Origin: Chrysomallon squamiferum
Taxonomy: Eukaryota; Animalia; Mollusca
Assembly (NCBI GenBank): GCA_012295275.1
Contig: CM022670.1
Coordinates: 18,662,001 to 18,726,000 of the forward strand
Direction: 5' to 3'
DNA length: 64,000 bases
Position numbers and translations under genes: made by a program. The notes under the pieces are model-generated. The model searched no databases. It had not been told where the DNA came from and worked only from the letters and a program-made list of their open reading frames with translations. Numbering within the stretch: the first letter of the stretch is position 1; the number at the start of each line of letters is the position of its first letter. Positions 13,938 to 28,046 of the stretch are shown piece by piece.

Positions 13938-15414
13938 TACTTATCTTTTTTTCATCTTTATTTTTCAGTCTAAAAGAGTTTTTTACTAAAAGGACGAGTC
14001 TGGAGGAAAGAAATGAAGTTAAAGAAATTGACGATGACGTGAAACCAGTCGACTGGAAAACACGACTGAACCAGATAAAGATAGCTGTCATATTTATTCT
14101 AATACTGATCTGCAGCGTAGGTTTCTTATTCTGTTGTTTTGTTTTTGTTTTGTGTGTGTGTTTTACATTTTTATTTATTTGTATGGTATTGTATTAGGTT
14201 GCAGTACACAATACATTATATTATTTTATTTTTGTTGTTGTTATTTGGTTTCTTCGTCAGGTGAAAATGTTTAGGTCGTTGGTTTTTTTTTTACTGTTAT
14301 GATCGTTAATAGTGATAGCTTTGAAACTTATTTGTAATGTATTTTTACATGATTTAGTAATCAAAATGCAATAAATACGATTTCAATGGAAAAAATACCT
14401 TATCATTAAAATTTTAACTTTTTTCTCTAAACATTATTATTATTATTATTATCATCATCATCATCAACATTATCATCATCATCATTATTATTATTTTATT
14501 TATTTTGTGTGTGTTTGTGTGCGTGTGCTCATTTAGGCATATATCGCCATGAATTCAGAAACGGAGAACAAGTGGCACCAGTTTGTTGTGATGAAAAACA
14601 GCCCTACAGGTATTTTTCTTTAGTGTTAGTCTCACTGTTCTCGTGTTCTCCTCTCTTCTTTCTACTCAAGATATGGGGGAGATCGTAGGGAAATTCAGCT
14701 ATTTCTCGCTCAATCCTTTCTGCACAACCTTAATTATATGTCAGAGCCAGGTAATCATAAATAAAATATGTTGTGTGGGTAATTAAATAACATATTTTTC
14801 TTCTTTCTTGGGTCATCAAAATAACATTTTTTTCTTCTTTCTTTCCTCACTGCCTCTCTTTCTTTCTCTCAGTTTCTCTCAGTCACGCATTTCTTTCACC
14901 CTTCTCTTTCTCGGTCTTTCACTCCACTAGCTGACTCTCTATCACATTTCTTTCATCCTTCTGTTTCTCATTCCTTTAATACTCTCTCTCTCTCAAAAAA
15001 AAAAATATGCTTTTTCAGTTTTAGATATTCCAATGAAAAAAGTAAAGAATCCTGTTGTAAAACTACAAATTCAGGCTCCATTCCACAGCACGGTTAACGT
15101 ACGAGACAATGGAACCGTTGTGAACTTCACGCTAAACAACGACACGGTTTGTATCATCAGACTTTTCACTGTGATCGTGTAAAACAAATAAATAAATAAT
15201 CCATTCCTGTTTTTAGTGTTAAATAACAAAAATACATTGTATATACTTCAAAATCACAGGCAATTAATCTTTGTTAATAATAAAGTATAATTCATTCTTT
15301 TATTAGTTATTTTTGTTTCAGTTCGAAATGAATTTGAATTTGACGTTTCTTCATGGAGGAATTATTTCAGTTGAAACACATGAGTTTGAATGCCATCAGT
15401 AAGTCCTGTTTCTT

Positions 15415-15446
<32 letters not shown>

Positions 15447-18400
15447 TGCATACACACACACACATATACAGCAATTTATTTATTAAATTTTATTCTATGC
15501 ATGGATATACAAAATTGTTTTATAATTTTTATTCAGATTACCTAAAATAGTTTAATTTAACTTTTTTACAATTTTTGTTCAATTAATCATTTACAACGTT
15601 TTAATTTAGATTTTTGATAATTTTGTTTTAATAGAATTTTTTAATTAATAATAATTGTATTTAATTTATTATTTTATTACATTATTTATTTATTTATTTA
15701 TTTATTCATTTATTTATCTATTTCTTATTTTCTAATAACTGTTGCTTAAATACTTTATCTGATTATTGCATCACGCAAGTTTGACGATAACAAATTTGTC
15801 AGTACACAGTATAGTCCTAATTCTGTTTATTTAATTTAACATCTCACTAACTTAATAACTTACTCACATTACCAATAACGTTTTACAGAGCTTACAACAG
15901 CTGCCTCGTGCACGTGAACACCAACTCCAACATCACAATACCTTTCATCTACTCCTACAGCGTCCTGTCTTCTGATATCAGCAATGAAATTGTATACGCT
16001 GTTATTATACTTATCCTCGTTTATATTCTTATCATCTTAGAGGTGAGTAAAATAAATGATAATTTGATACCATTTAGAGTTAGTGTGATGCGTGAGGTAA
16101 TTATTAATAAAATACACACGTTAATGAATGACGAAGACATCTTATTATCATATTAATAACAGTACTAGTAGTGATGGTGATGGTAGTAGTACTAGTAGTG
16201 CTAATTGTAGCAGAAATAGTAATAGAAGCAGTAATAGTAGCAGCAGCAGTAGTAATAATACATCTGACGTTCGGACCCTAGTTATTAACTCTTGTTGTGT
16301 TATTTGTGAATGTGTATGCTTTTTTATTTTTTATTTCTTTCTTCATTTTTTGTTATTTATTTTTAATTTTCATCATCAAACATAAGATGTCCTTTTTTAT
16401 TTATTGCTTTTTATTTCTATTATGTGTCCATACATATACATATACGTGTGTGTCTGTGTCTGTGTCCGTGTGTATGTGTCTGATTCTGTGTGTGTATGTG
16501 TGTGGATGTGTGTATATGTGTGTGTATGTGTGTATACATGTATGTATGTATGTATATGTATATATGTATATATGTATGTATGTGTATATATGTATAGTTG
16601 CATGTATGTATATGTATGTATGTATGTATGTATGTATATATATATATATATGTGTGTGTGTGTGGGTGTGGTTGTGTATGTATATATGTGTATATATATA
16701 TACATATATGTGTGTGTGTACATATGTATATTTGTATATTTGACAGCTTGTTCACAGAACACTGGCAGCTCTTCTTGGCTCTCTCGCAGCTGTAGCTGTG
16801 TTATCTGCCCTTGGTCAAGTAAGTTACTTTAATTTCGTAATTGTACCTAATTTATAGCGTATTAATTAATGAAAATTCTGCAGTAATATAATTAATATTG
16901 CGCTATAAATTTGGCTATTTTTTTATTTTTTTATCTGTGAACAATGCTAACTGGTTATTCAGTTCGTATATTTAAATATTCATTCCTTCATTCTTGAAGC
17001 GAACTGTAACTAACAGATGTCGCTTTAGGTATCTAGGGTCACATGATCTGTCCCTTTTTTGTTGCATTCATATTGAGCTGTTTTCAATTCTAGCCAGTAC
17101 GAGTGCTGTATTATTTTGTTTTCTAGAAATATGTATATATAATAATGTCTGTGCTGATAATGTGGTAGCCGTTAGTGTCCTCTAACTAAAATTATCTTGA
17201 AAAAAATAATCTGTGATTGATACCTAATGACAGTCAAAGTTATATGTTGTTTCAATAATCAGTGATAACTGGGTGCTTCAGGTACTGATTCTTTTTTGTT
17301 TTGTTTTGTTTGTTATTTGTTTTGTTTATTTTGTGCTTTTTTTTAATTGTTGTTGCTGTTCTTTTTTTCTTTTTTCTGTATTTTTTTTAGGGGAGCTTGG
17401 GTATTTTTCGAATTTCTTTTGTTTTGTTTTGTTGTTGTTTTTTTGTTCTGTTTTTTGTTCTGTTTTATTGTTTTCTACGACTGATATTACAGAGACCTAC
17501 TCTGGAAAAGCTTGTTAGTTGGATTGATATGGAGACGTTGGCTCTGCTCTTTGGAATGATGATTATTGTCGCTATATTCGCACAAAGTGGATTCTTCGAC
17601 TTCTGCGCCTTGAAGGTAAAATTAAAAATCAGAAATAAATCACTGGTCAGAAATTATTACTTTCTCAGTGGTTATTTTTAAGTCTTTGGGAATGTTTTTT
17701 TCTTTTATCACAGATTTAAGAAGAAATTAAAAACTAAAAAGGGTAAAATAGAAATAACTATTAAGAAATTTAAACTAATTTTGTTTTTATATTCTGTATA
17801 GTAATTTTTACTGTTGTATATATGAGATATTCACAAAATACACTCCCAGAGTGCGTACTTAAAGACACACACTTATATATATAAACATCGTAAATTTAGC
17901 TAGTTAAACAAATGAGCTGCTGTATAGCATGCCAGCGCTGGCTTTTGTTTTGTTTGTTTCTTAATTATTATTATTGTTTTTTCATTCCTGTCTTTTGTAT
18001 CATTACTTGTTTCTTCTGCTTTCTGCTGACCAGGCATACCAGCTAGCTAAAGGTCAAGTCTGGCCACTGATTACTTTACTGTGTTTGTTCAGTGCCGTTG
18101 TATCTGCGTTTCTGGACAACGTCACCACCATAATTCTGCTTACACCAGTAACAATAAGGTCAGTAACAACATTTTTTTTTTAATTAATAATATCAGAATA
18201 TGGATTTATAGTATATACTAACATGTAGCCGAATACATTCTGAATACTTCCAAGTAATGTTATAGAAAATCAGTCGCTCCCAGTAATAAAGTAATAACAA
18301 TAATAATAATAATAATAATACCAAGACTACAGATTCACGGAGACAGCCATCTTCCTTTGATTCTTAAGTACTTATGACCTCATGTCATTCGTACACATAT

Positions 18401-19201
18401 ATATATATATATATATATACAGTAAAACTTCACAAATCTTAACAATGTCGGTTTGGTTGGGTGTTCGGTTATGGAACCGCGGAGATCATTTGAGTTTAGG
18501 GAAATTTCAGTGAAGTGACGGTCACTTTTTGAGAAGCTTAACTGTATGTGTAAAATAAATAAGTGAATAAATGTCAGTTGCAAAGGTCTAATGTGTTTTT
18601 TTTTCCTTTTTATCTTCGTGCTTAATTTGTATTTATTAAGGACCGATGTAAGACATTTGGTACAGATTTATATACTAATAATTTCACTTCATAGAATTGC
18701 AGTCTTAAGAATCAAAAATTGATATCTACTGGTGGACTTCATACGCAGATATGTAACAAATACATGTATATCTCGAATATTCTTTTAACATTAGTATTCT
18801 TAACGATTTTTTTGTTCAGATTGCTAACCAAATAATAACGATAGATTTGACTAGCTTGTAAAAGTGATCGATAAATCAATGAAGATCTTAAAACTATTTT
18901 TATGTCAGGACCTTAATTACTTTGATATCAAAGACAAGCTGACATGAAAAAGCTTTTCGATATTTAGGACATCACGAATACCGGTAACAGACGATTAGCA
19001 AAAGGAAGGAAAACGTCGCCTAGATCCGGGCATTTTACCTGCTGCAGTCAAATAGTCATATGGATTTTCTATCATGTAGCTTTCACTGATTTAATGAGAA
19101 TTAGGTACATTTCAAGAAACTGGTAACTAGCAATGGAAACAGAGAAAAACAGAAAACTTACGCATCCTGTATACAAATAGAGGGCTTAGAGCACAATTTA
19201 T

Positions 19202-19233
<32 letters not shown>

Positions 19234-20690
19234 TTATTTAACAGAAATCGTAGTCACTGATGACAGTTTATTAAAATTACAAAATTACTCTTAAAATATT
19301 ATTAATAACTATAAGGTGGAATGGCATACATACATGCATGTATGTCGAAGAATGTACTTTGGAAGGTTGATCCGATTTCCAGTCCAGTTTCAGTTCAGAG
19401 TTTAAATCAGTGGGATGTGGTACTTATCCATTTATCTAGCGTTCTGAATACCAGATAACATTCGTGATTTGTATCTCGTACAAATGATAAAGTAGAGATG
19501 TCATATTTTAGATCTCTCTTCATTACAAAGTCATATTCGACAGCTAAAAAGAGTTTAAAAAGAACTAATTAAAACAAAATTATATATTTTTACCGATGAA
19601 TAAATAACAGTGTGTTGCAGCATGCATGTATTAAGTATGAAAACAATCTGATTATACTTGAAGACTGTGTGAAGTACTTAATCTTGATCCAAGAAGAATT
19701 CTTGTTGCTGAAGTCTTATTTTCCAACATCGGCGGCACTGCCACAGCCATCGGGGACCCGCCTAATGTTATCATACTTGGTGCGGCTGCAAAACAAGTTA
19801 GTGTGAGATGAAATACACACACACATACACCCACAACACACACCCACAACACATATGATCCACTTATTCAAAATATCTAGAATTGTTTTTATTTTGTTTG
19901 GGGGAGAGAGAGAAAGAAAGAAAGAAAGAGAGATTGATGAAAAGGGACAAATAGAGAATAGAAAGTGGTTGAGATAGAAAACTCAGAGTAACACACTGAG
20001 CAAAAATTTTGATTTCTGCAAGAATTTTGTATATAAGGAGTCGTTTCGCGTATGTGTGAATGAACATCATTCTGTGTCTTGTGTCTGTTGCAGGGAATCT
20101 CGTTTTCAGATTTGACAATACATCTAAGCCTCGGAATACTTTTTGTGTCTGCAGCCGGGTACGGATTTCTGCGATTGTATTACAGAAAACTGGAATTTCT
20201 GAAAAACGACGAACCGCCAGAAATAATGGGTAAACGTATTCAAATATACACTCACTTATAGAGACACACACAACCACACATATACAACATATATGCAGGT
20301 ATACACTTTATTTCAATTATTAAAACTGTTGTTAAAATTAATCTGTTATATAATTAAAGAAATGAGACATGAAATTGGTTTGTGGAAGAAAACCTCTTTG
20401 AGGATTACGGCTGTGACAAGAGAAGAAACTGTTATGAAAGCTCTCATTATGCAAAAAACCGCGGAATTAGAAAACGCTCTTACTAAAGCTCTTCACAAGA
20501 GAAGGTGATTTTTAAATTATCGTAGCGATTTAAGTGTGAACTTGAGGTCTGAATACATAATTGTATATGCTCCCGAACTGTATCATACATTTATTAATAA
20601 TAAAATTTAACAAGATTTTTGAAAAAAAAATTTAAATAAAGAAAATCCTTTTTCTCATTTGCGTGTCACTATTCGCAAACCGAATATACT

Positions 20691-20729
<39 letters not shown>

Positions 20730-23700
20730 ACGATTTATTAGTACTTCTTTGTTGCAATAATAGCAATTGTATAATAAATAATGTTCGATTATTTCGTTAA
20801 TTTACAGGAGGAAAGGTCAAAAAGATTTCCACGTAACACTGTTTGAACTAAAGAAAAAGGTATTTATTTCCTGATTACATTATTTTGAATTTAACAGAAA
20901 TTTGTAAAATAATAATGTTTGGAAAGAGAAATTTTTCTACAGAAAAATATTTATTCCAGAAATAAATTTATATTAATATATTATGATATAAATTTAAGAA
21001 ATTAAGAGGAAAATATCAAAAGAATTAAGTTACAAAGTAAAATATATTGGTTAGTATAGTACAGCAAACTGCGCACGGCACCTCCAGCATAATTAATGTA
21101 TCTCTATAATTTTTGTCTCCTTTCTTTTTCTTCTTCTACTTCTTCTTTTTCTTGTAGTATCGAATAACAGATTACAGTCTCTTGGTAAAAAGCGGCTGCA
21201 TTTTGGTTGTTGTCATTCTTCTTCTCTTCATTCATTCACTTATTTCTTCACTCTATCTCCACATTGGTAAGCTGTAGTATTTTACTGTGTAAATATGTTT
21301 GTGTTTATTATGTATGTATGTATGTATGTATGTATGTATATACGTTTGTACTTGTGTATGTGTGTACATATATATATTTGATGCATACATATTTACGTCC
21401 GTGTGTATCGTACATGCATATACGATCTATCTCTTTATCTGTCTGTATATCTATATGTATGTGTGTCTGTTTGTCTGTCTGCTTTTATTATTATTATTTG
21501 TTTAACTTTAATTAGCTATTTTACAGCATTAATTTTGTTAACCTTTAATGTATAATGTTCCGATATTAATGGCGGTTTTTCATAATTAGTGATTTCATAT
21601 CGGCATCGTCACTACTATATCAATCCTCGTTCTGAAATTGTATAATTAAAACAGGATGGATTGCCGTTCTTGGCGCCGTCTGGTTGCTGATTTTGGCAGA
21701 CGTCACAGATCTAGAAAGTATTCTTCATCAAGTGGAATGGTCCACACTGATCTTCTTTGCTGCACTTTTCACACTTATGAAGGTATATACTAACTCCTGA
21801 GGCATTCCAAGGAATTCGTTTGAAATAAATTTGAAATGTAATGATTCGAAATGCAGTCACTACCTAATAACTTGTGTCTAAATTCTTCGAACAAAATTAC
21901 ACGATTTTAAGAGTTTGAAATAAGAATTTTTTATCGGCAAAACAATGTGTAATTTATAAAACGAAAGAAAATTTATCTTTTACCCGACTTTTTTTATCTA
22001 TATACATTTTGTCGTAATATTTAGCAATATTCAACAGAACCATTAATTCAAGTTACTTGTTCGTCACAAATATTTATGGTATTTTTAAGCCGTAAGGTAT
22101 TAGTTACGACTAATAAAAACAGGACCAGTAAAGGTATATTCTTACACTATATTTAATATATAAACGAAAGTCTTTTAAATATAATTAAGATCAAGGTGTT
22201 TTTGTAATTTTGTTATACCACAATAAATAAAAAAATGCATTCAATACACCATACCCTATTCATATTGATTAATAATAACGAATCTTCCTCCATATAGAAA
22301 AGTACACACTACTTATTTTGATACACAAGTCGTGGGATAATGGCCGTTTTGGGAAATAAGTCAGAGGATTCTCTTAAGAGAACAGACCAATGAATCCACG
22401 CCAGAACTTCTCGATCTAAAGCACACTCACTGTGTGTTCATTAACGTTACATAACAATCATAGCAAATCAAATTATTATTAATAACTTGATTATCATTAA
22501 TGTTTAGTTTATATTTTGTACATTCCTGATTTCAGGGTTTAGAAGAACTGAAACTGATTGATGGTATTGGTGGCACAATGAGTGACGTAATAAAACATGT
22601 GAACGAGGACGTTCGTTTATTGGTCGCGCTCTGCATCATTCTGTGGGTTTCAGCCATTGCGTCTAGCTTCATAGATAACATCCCATACACCACGGCAATG
22701 GTAAATTTAATCATTTATCTCTGAATATCGCAAAGAAACTAACTGTTTAACCCTTTTACAACTAATTTTATGTGGTGTTAAACATTAAAATTAATTATAA
22801 ATTTAACCCTTCATTTCTGGTTCTATATTCCTTATTGTAATAGTAAATGGGTTTTTTCTTCTTCTTCTTCTTCTTCTTCTTCTTCTTCTTCTTCTTCTTC
22901 TTGTCTTTTTCTGTTCTGTATTATTTAATATTTATTTATCAAAATAAGAAAAGAGACGGTTTTAATGTGTGTGTGTTTTTTCTTCTTTTTTTTTTTTTAT
23001 TTAGAGCATTTGTATAAAATATAAATGTAATTGATGTACGAGCCCACATATTTGTTGTTTTTCAGATTCCAGTTTTAACGAAACTGAGCGATGATCCAGA
23101 TGTAAATTTACCATCTTTGCCACTGATTCTAGCTCTTGCTTTTGGTGCCTGTCTCGGAGGTAAACATTTAATTTTCAGTCAGTTATTAAAACAGGATCCT
23201 TCATCATGGCTCAGATTCATAATTAAAAAAAAAATGAAATAAAATAAAATAAAAATTAATAAACAACATTTTTAAGCTTATTAGATATTACACTGCTCTG
23301 CTTTATTTCTTATCTCTACAAGCAAAGTAACTTTATGATATAAGCCGCTAAATCTTTAACTGGAAAATGCTTTATTGACATACGAAACATCATCTTATTA
23401 CAATCTTGTTCAGCATCTGGACACAGAAGGCTTAGAAATCAAGAATCTGACTCTGGAATGACTATGGTACACACTTGTTACTATTTCTAATTGATTTTCT
23501 AGGAGCGGTTTAAACTTCGGCACGTCTAGTCTAATCATCACAATTCTTCTTCTGCGTAAATCGTTTTCTTTTACACTTTGTGTTTGTTTTAATCGTGGCA
23601 GGTAACGGGACGCTGATCGGTGCTTCTGCTAACGTCGTGTGTGCTGGAATCGCCGAGCAGCACGGCTGGGGTATTTCTTTCCGTGAATTTTTCAAGTAAG

Positions 23701-24245
23701 CGGGGTATTTTGTTATTTTTTTTGTTGTTGTTTTATTTTCATTTTTTTTTCCCCCCCAGCTTTTGTATTTGTAACTTATTCGTTAATTTTGTTTTATTTT
23801 CAAATATGATATAAAGTTACTTTATAGAGCTTAAGACTGTATGTTACGATTCCTGTTACTTGTTTAGTAACTTCCGCGTGCACTGTTAAAGTTTATTTGA
23901 ACTCAAAGAGATTTTCTGTTAATAAAAATAATAATTTTTTAAATATATGCCTATTTTTAGATATCTTATTTAATATTTTATTATATCACATGCGAATCAT
24001 AATTTCTGATTGAAGAAATTATATAAAAATCAGTTTTATTTATTTCTTTCACGTCGTCATTGCTTGTAAAGATTTAAAATATATATATTTATTTTTTTTT
24101 TTTTTTATTTTTTGTCAGTTGGAAGCCAGTTGTTCTTATGAACGTTCGGGTACTTGTTTTTTTTAGTTTTTTTTAGTTTTTTTTTTTTTTTTATATATTT
24201 ATGTATGTATTTATTTATTTATTAATAGTAGTATTGTTGTTGTTG

Positions 24246-24307
<62 letters not shown>

Positions 24308-24400
24308 TTCAGAATTGGTTTCCCAATGATGCTTATCACTGTTGGAGTCACCACTGTCTATCTCGTCGTGTGTCACATTGGTATTGGCTGGAATACGTGA
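13241..24400 (+). CDS. OCA2: P protein / OCA2-like membrane transporter (ArsB/NhaD-CitMHS superfamily), 19 coding exons
   Basis: Exons 13241-13410, 13969-14116, 14537-14609, 15019-15146, 15322-15398, 15889-16042, 16747-16818, 17493-17615, 18034-18158, 19664-19796, 20094-20229, 20360-20504, 20808-20859, 21158-21266, 21655-21782, 22536-22700, 23066-23159, 23602-23695, 24313-24400 (TGA) join into one open frame. P-protein motifs: [98 protein letters not shown]. Confidence 0.93.
14690..14810 (+). mobile_element. Internally deleted SINE remnant in an OCA2 intron
   Basis: Its tail TAAATAAAATATGTTGTGTGGGTAATTAAATAACATATTTTTCTTCTTTCTT parallels the tail at 54267-54312. Confidence 0.35.
16430..16740. 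repeat. Degenerate TG/TA/TATG microsatellite in an OCA2 intron
   Basis: Alternating purine-pyrimidine tract. Source of five spurious ORFs. Confidence 0.9.
24234..24307. repeat. (GTT)n(ATT)n microsatellite before the last OCA2 exon
   Basis: Direct reading. Confidence 0.9.
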
Positions 24401-24844
24401 TACAAATTCTCAAGCATTCAGAGAGATTAAATTTAGAGACAACGAGTTCGGTTAATTACCTATCTCTATATAAAAATCTCTATATTTATACGACTTGTTA
24501 GTACTTCACGATAATTAGAGAAGTACGCAACTCTTCGTCTACTATTATTTTCCGGTGTATTGATTATTGGTTACGGGTAGTACTGCGAAATACGTCTGAT
24601 CCTAATCGTTACGACTTATTGCATGAAAAAGAAATTACTGACTGTGTGAAAAAAACAACGAAATTTGCAACCATTTCTTCTGTTTTTCCGGATGCCAATT
24701 TTAGGCAAAAGATCAAAAGCAAAAAAGAACAAGTTATTAAAAAACGAAATGTAATTAGTGGTAATAAACAGGCATACTGAAATATTAAACTGTGTGCAAT
24801 CAAAACATTTAAAAAAACATCATGTCAGTTACGTTGTAATAAAT

Positions 24845-25508
24845 GTTGACGGCGACCTACTTTGTAAATTTACGGTCTAAGGGAAATAACTCTGTTTTTA
24901 TACATATCTATTGATTTTAGAATGATGTGCGTATATCTGTATTTGCGTCGATATCTATTCATCTTCGATGTGTATTTTCCCATTTAATAATCCAAATAAT
25001 GTAAGTATTTAGACAAATTACTTTAATTTCGAGATAGATAATAAAAAATTTAAAAAATTAAAAAATATACGTAACCATTCTAGAATTGTTTGCCTTTACA
25101 TAAAAAGCTACTTTTTTTTTTTTTTACGCCAGTTGATCGACTTGTTGATAATTTGATTATATATTAATTTATTGATTTTGGGGTGTGCATATATTGCAGA
25201 AAATACAGTTTATTACATTATTGCACTTGGATCAACAAATGATGAAAAACATATTTTGGAGTTGTTTCCCTTACACCACAAAAAAAATAATAATTATAAT
25301 AATTATGATAATAATAAACAAAAGCATAAATAAATAAATAAATAAATAAATAAATTTATTGGTTTCTGGGTTTGTATATATTGCAGAAAACACACGGTAT
25401 ACATTACATTATTGCACTTACAATGACAAAATATAATTTTGGAGTTGTTTCCCTTACACCACAAAAACAAAAATCAATCAATCAATCAATAAATAAATAA
25501 ATAAATAA

Positions 25509-25561
<53 letters not shown>

Positions 25562-26972
25562 TTTTAAAAATCAACAATATGAAAATTATAAATAAACAAA
25601 TAAATAAAAATAAATAAATTTATTGATTTCTGGGTTTGTATATATTGCAGAAAACGCACAGTATCATTATTTACATTACATTATAGCACAGATCAACCAA
25701 TGATGAAAAATATGATTTTGGAGTTGTTTCCACTATTCCATGGGAAAAAATGTTGAGAGCGACCTACTTTGTAAATTCACAGTCTAAGGGAAATAACTGT
25801 TTTATGTTTTATGCCCATCTATTGAATTTAGAATGATGTACTTACATCTGTATTTGCGTCGATGTGTATTTTCCCACTTAATAATCCAAATAATGTAAGT
25901 ATTTAGAAAAATTAATTTAATTTCGAGACAGACAATAATTGTTTTTTTTTTTTAAATTAAAAAATATACGTAACCATAGTAGAATTGTTTGCCTTTACAT
26001 AAAAAGCAACTTCATTTTTTTTCGCCAGTTGATCGACTTGTTGATAATTTGATTAAATATTAATTTATTGATTTTGGGGTGTGCATATATTGCAGAAAAT
26101 ACACAGTTTATTACATTATTGCACTTGGATCAACAAATGATGAGAACATTATTTTGGAGTTATTTCCCTTATACCGTAAAAAACATAATAATAATAATTA
26201 TAATAATTATGATAATAATAAACAAAAACATAGATAAATAAATAAATATATAAATTTATTGATTTCTAGGTTTGTATATATATTGCAAAAAACACACGGT
26301 ATTCTTTACATTATTGCACTTACAATGACAAAATATAATTTTGGAGTTGTTTCCCTTACACCACAAAAAACAAAAAAATCAATAAATAAATAAATAATAA
26401 TAATAATTACTAAATAATAAATAAATAAATAAATTTACTGATTTTTGGGTTTGTATATATTGCAAAAACACACACAATATAATTGTATACATTATATTAT
26501 CACTAGTCAACCAATGATGAATTTATTATTTTTGAGTTGTTTCCCTTATACCACAAAATAATAATAATAATAATTTAAAAAATCAACAACATGAAAAACA
26601 TAAATAAACAAATAAATAAGTAAATAAATTTATTGATTTCTGGGTTTGTATATATTGCAGAAAACGCAGAGTATCATTATTTACATTACACTATTGCACT
26701 TCTCAGATCAACCAATGATGAAAAATATTATTTTGGACATTAATATTATAATTATAATAATAAATAATAAAAAAAAAAAATAAATAAATAAATATAACAA
26801 TAATGACAACAAAAATCATAAATAATTAAATAAATAAATAAATTTATTGATATTTGGGTTTGTATATATTGCAGAAAACACACACAGTATAACTATATAC
26901 ATTATATTATCACTTGTCAGATCAACCAATGATGAAAATATTATTTTGGAGTTGTTTCCCTTATACCACACA
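24845..26972. repeat. Hierarchical repeat array: ~0.9-kb tandem duplication containing eight ~110-130-bp units separated by AAT/AAAT spacers (Helentron/HINE-like)
   Basis: Leader GCGACCTACTTTGTAAATT..GTCTAAGGGAAATAACT at ~24852 and ~25759. Unit AATTTATTGATT..GGGT..TATATTGCAGAAAA..GGAGTTGTTTCCCTTA.ACCAC starts at ~25167, 25353, 25617, 26062, 26253, 26432, 26626 and 26840. Confidence 0.85.
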
Positions 26973-28046
26973 CAAAAATAAATAAATAATACTACTACTT
27001 TTTTTATACAAAAAATAATAAATAATAAAAAAGATTCAGGGTCTGCACCATGAGATTAGGTTCTGTGGTTTAGGCAGGTCGGTTGTCTTTAGCCATATGA
27101 GAAGTGCTTTATCCCTTGTTTATGAAACTTTTCTTTTTTTATTTAAAATTAAATATATTTGAGAATTTTAGTAATTACATTAGCAGTATAAAGAGGTTTT
27201 TTTTATTGATTACTGCCAGTTTTTCTCCCATGTAGAAAGCTCATTAAAGCATATAATTAACTTTTCTAATTAAAAATGTTAAATATTTTATTTCCAGGTG
27301 ATAATTTTGTTTGTATTTTAATATATTATTATCGATAAAAAAAATTTTTTTAAATAATGAAAGAAAACTGCAACAATAGTGTATTTATCTCTGAGAAATG
27401 TATGGAATTATCAACAACGAAAATATTAGCCTCAAAATCAGATTGTATTTTTAAAAATGATATCAAAAATAATTTTTTCCTGAATTTCAGATTCACTTAA
27501 AAATATGAAGAAAAAAAACAACAAACAAAAGACTTGTAGATATTGCAACTTTGCCAATGATTTACATATGAATAATGAAGGCAAAGGAACACTTTAATGA
27601 TATGGTTAAAAAAAAATACACATTATATCGCATTCTAAAAAAAAAACACGTTCCTACTAAATAACACATTTGATAAATGTGATTCTGAATGTAAAAATCC
27701 TATGACTTTTTTCTGAATATTTATTTGCAGCATAATGGCAGAACATCATCAATATCTTTTTATGTTAAAAAAATTAAGATGTTTGTTTCTAATGAACTGA
27801 AGAATTCAGTCCACGTGTCTTTTGAAATTATCTTAATCAAAGAAAAAGATTTTTCTATGTATTACAACTTCTCATTCAAACTAGATTCAACTTCCATATC
27901 CTAGCAAAATCTATGTTTTTCTTTTAAGCCTGCCGTGCCAGAAAAACTCAACATCAGACTTTTTTCTTTCTTTTTTTGTTTATAAAATGTACTAATATTT
28001 CTTTAGGGTACAGTTTTAAAACTATTAATAATTTGTAAGAACCTGG

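Noticed and set aside
16297-16832. Five overlapping ORFs of up to 148 aa
   Set aside because: Low-complexity dinucleotide tract. Only 16747-16818 is coding (OCA2).
19652-20277. Minus-strand ORFs of 66 and 137 aa
   Set aside because: Antisense shadows of OCA2 exons, as are 13195-13401 and 22532-22714 (and 7911-8108 for the LRR gene).
25167-26972. Repeat-spacer pattern superficially like a CRISPR array
   Set aside because: Units are >100 bp, spacers are AAT microsatellites, there are no cas genes and the context is eukaryotic.
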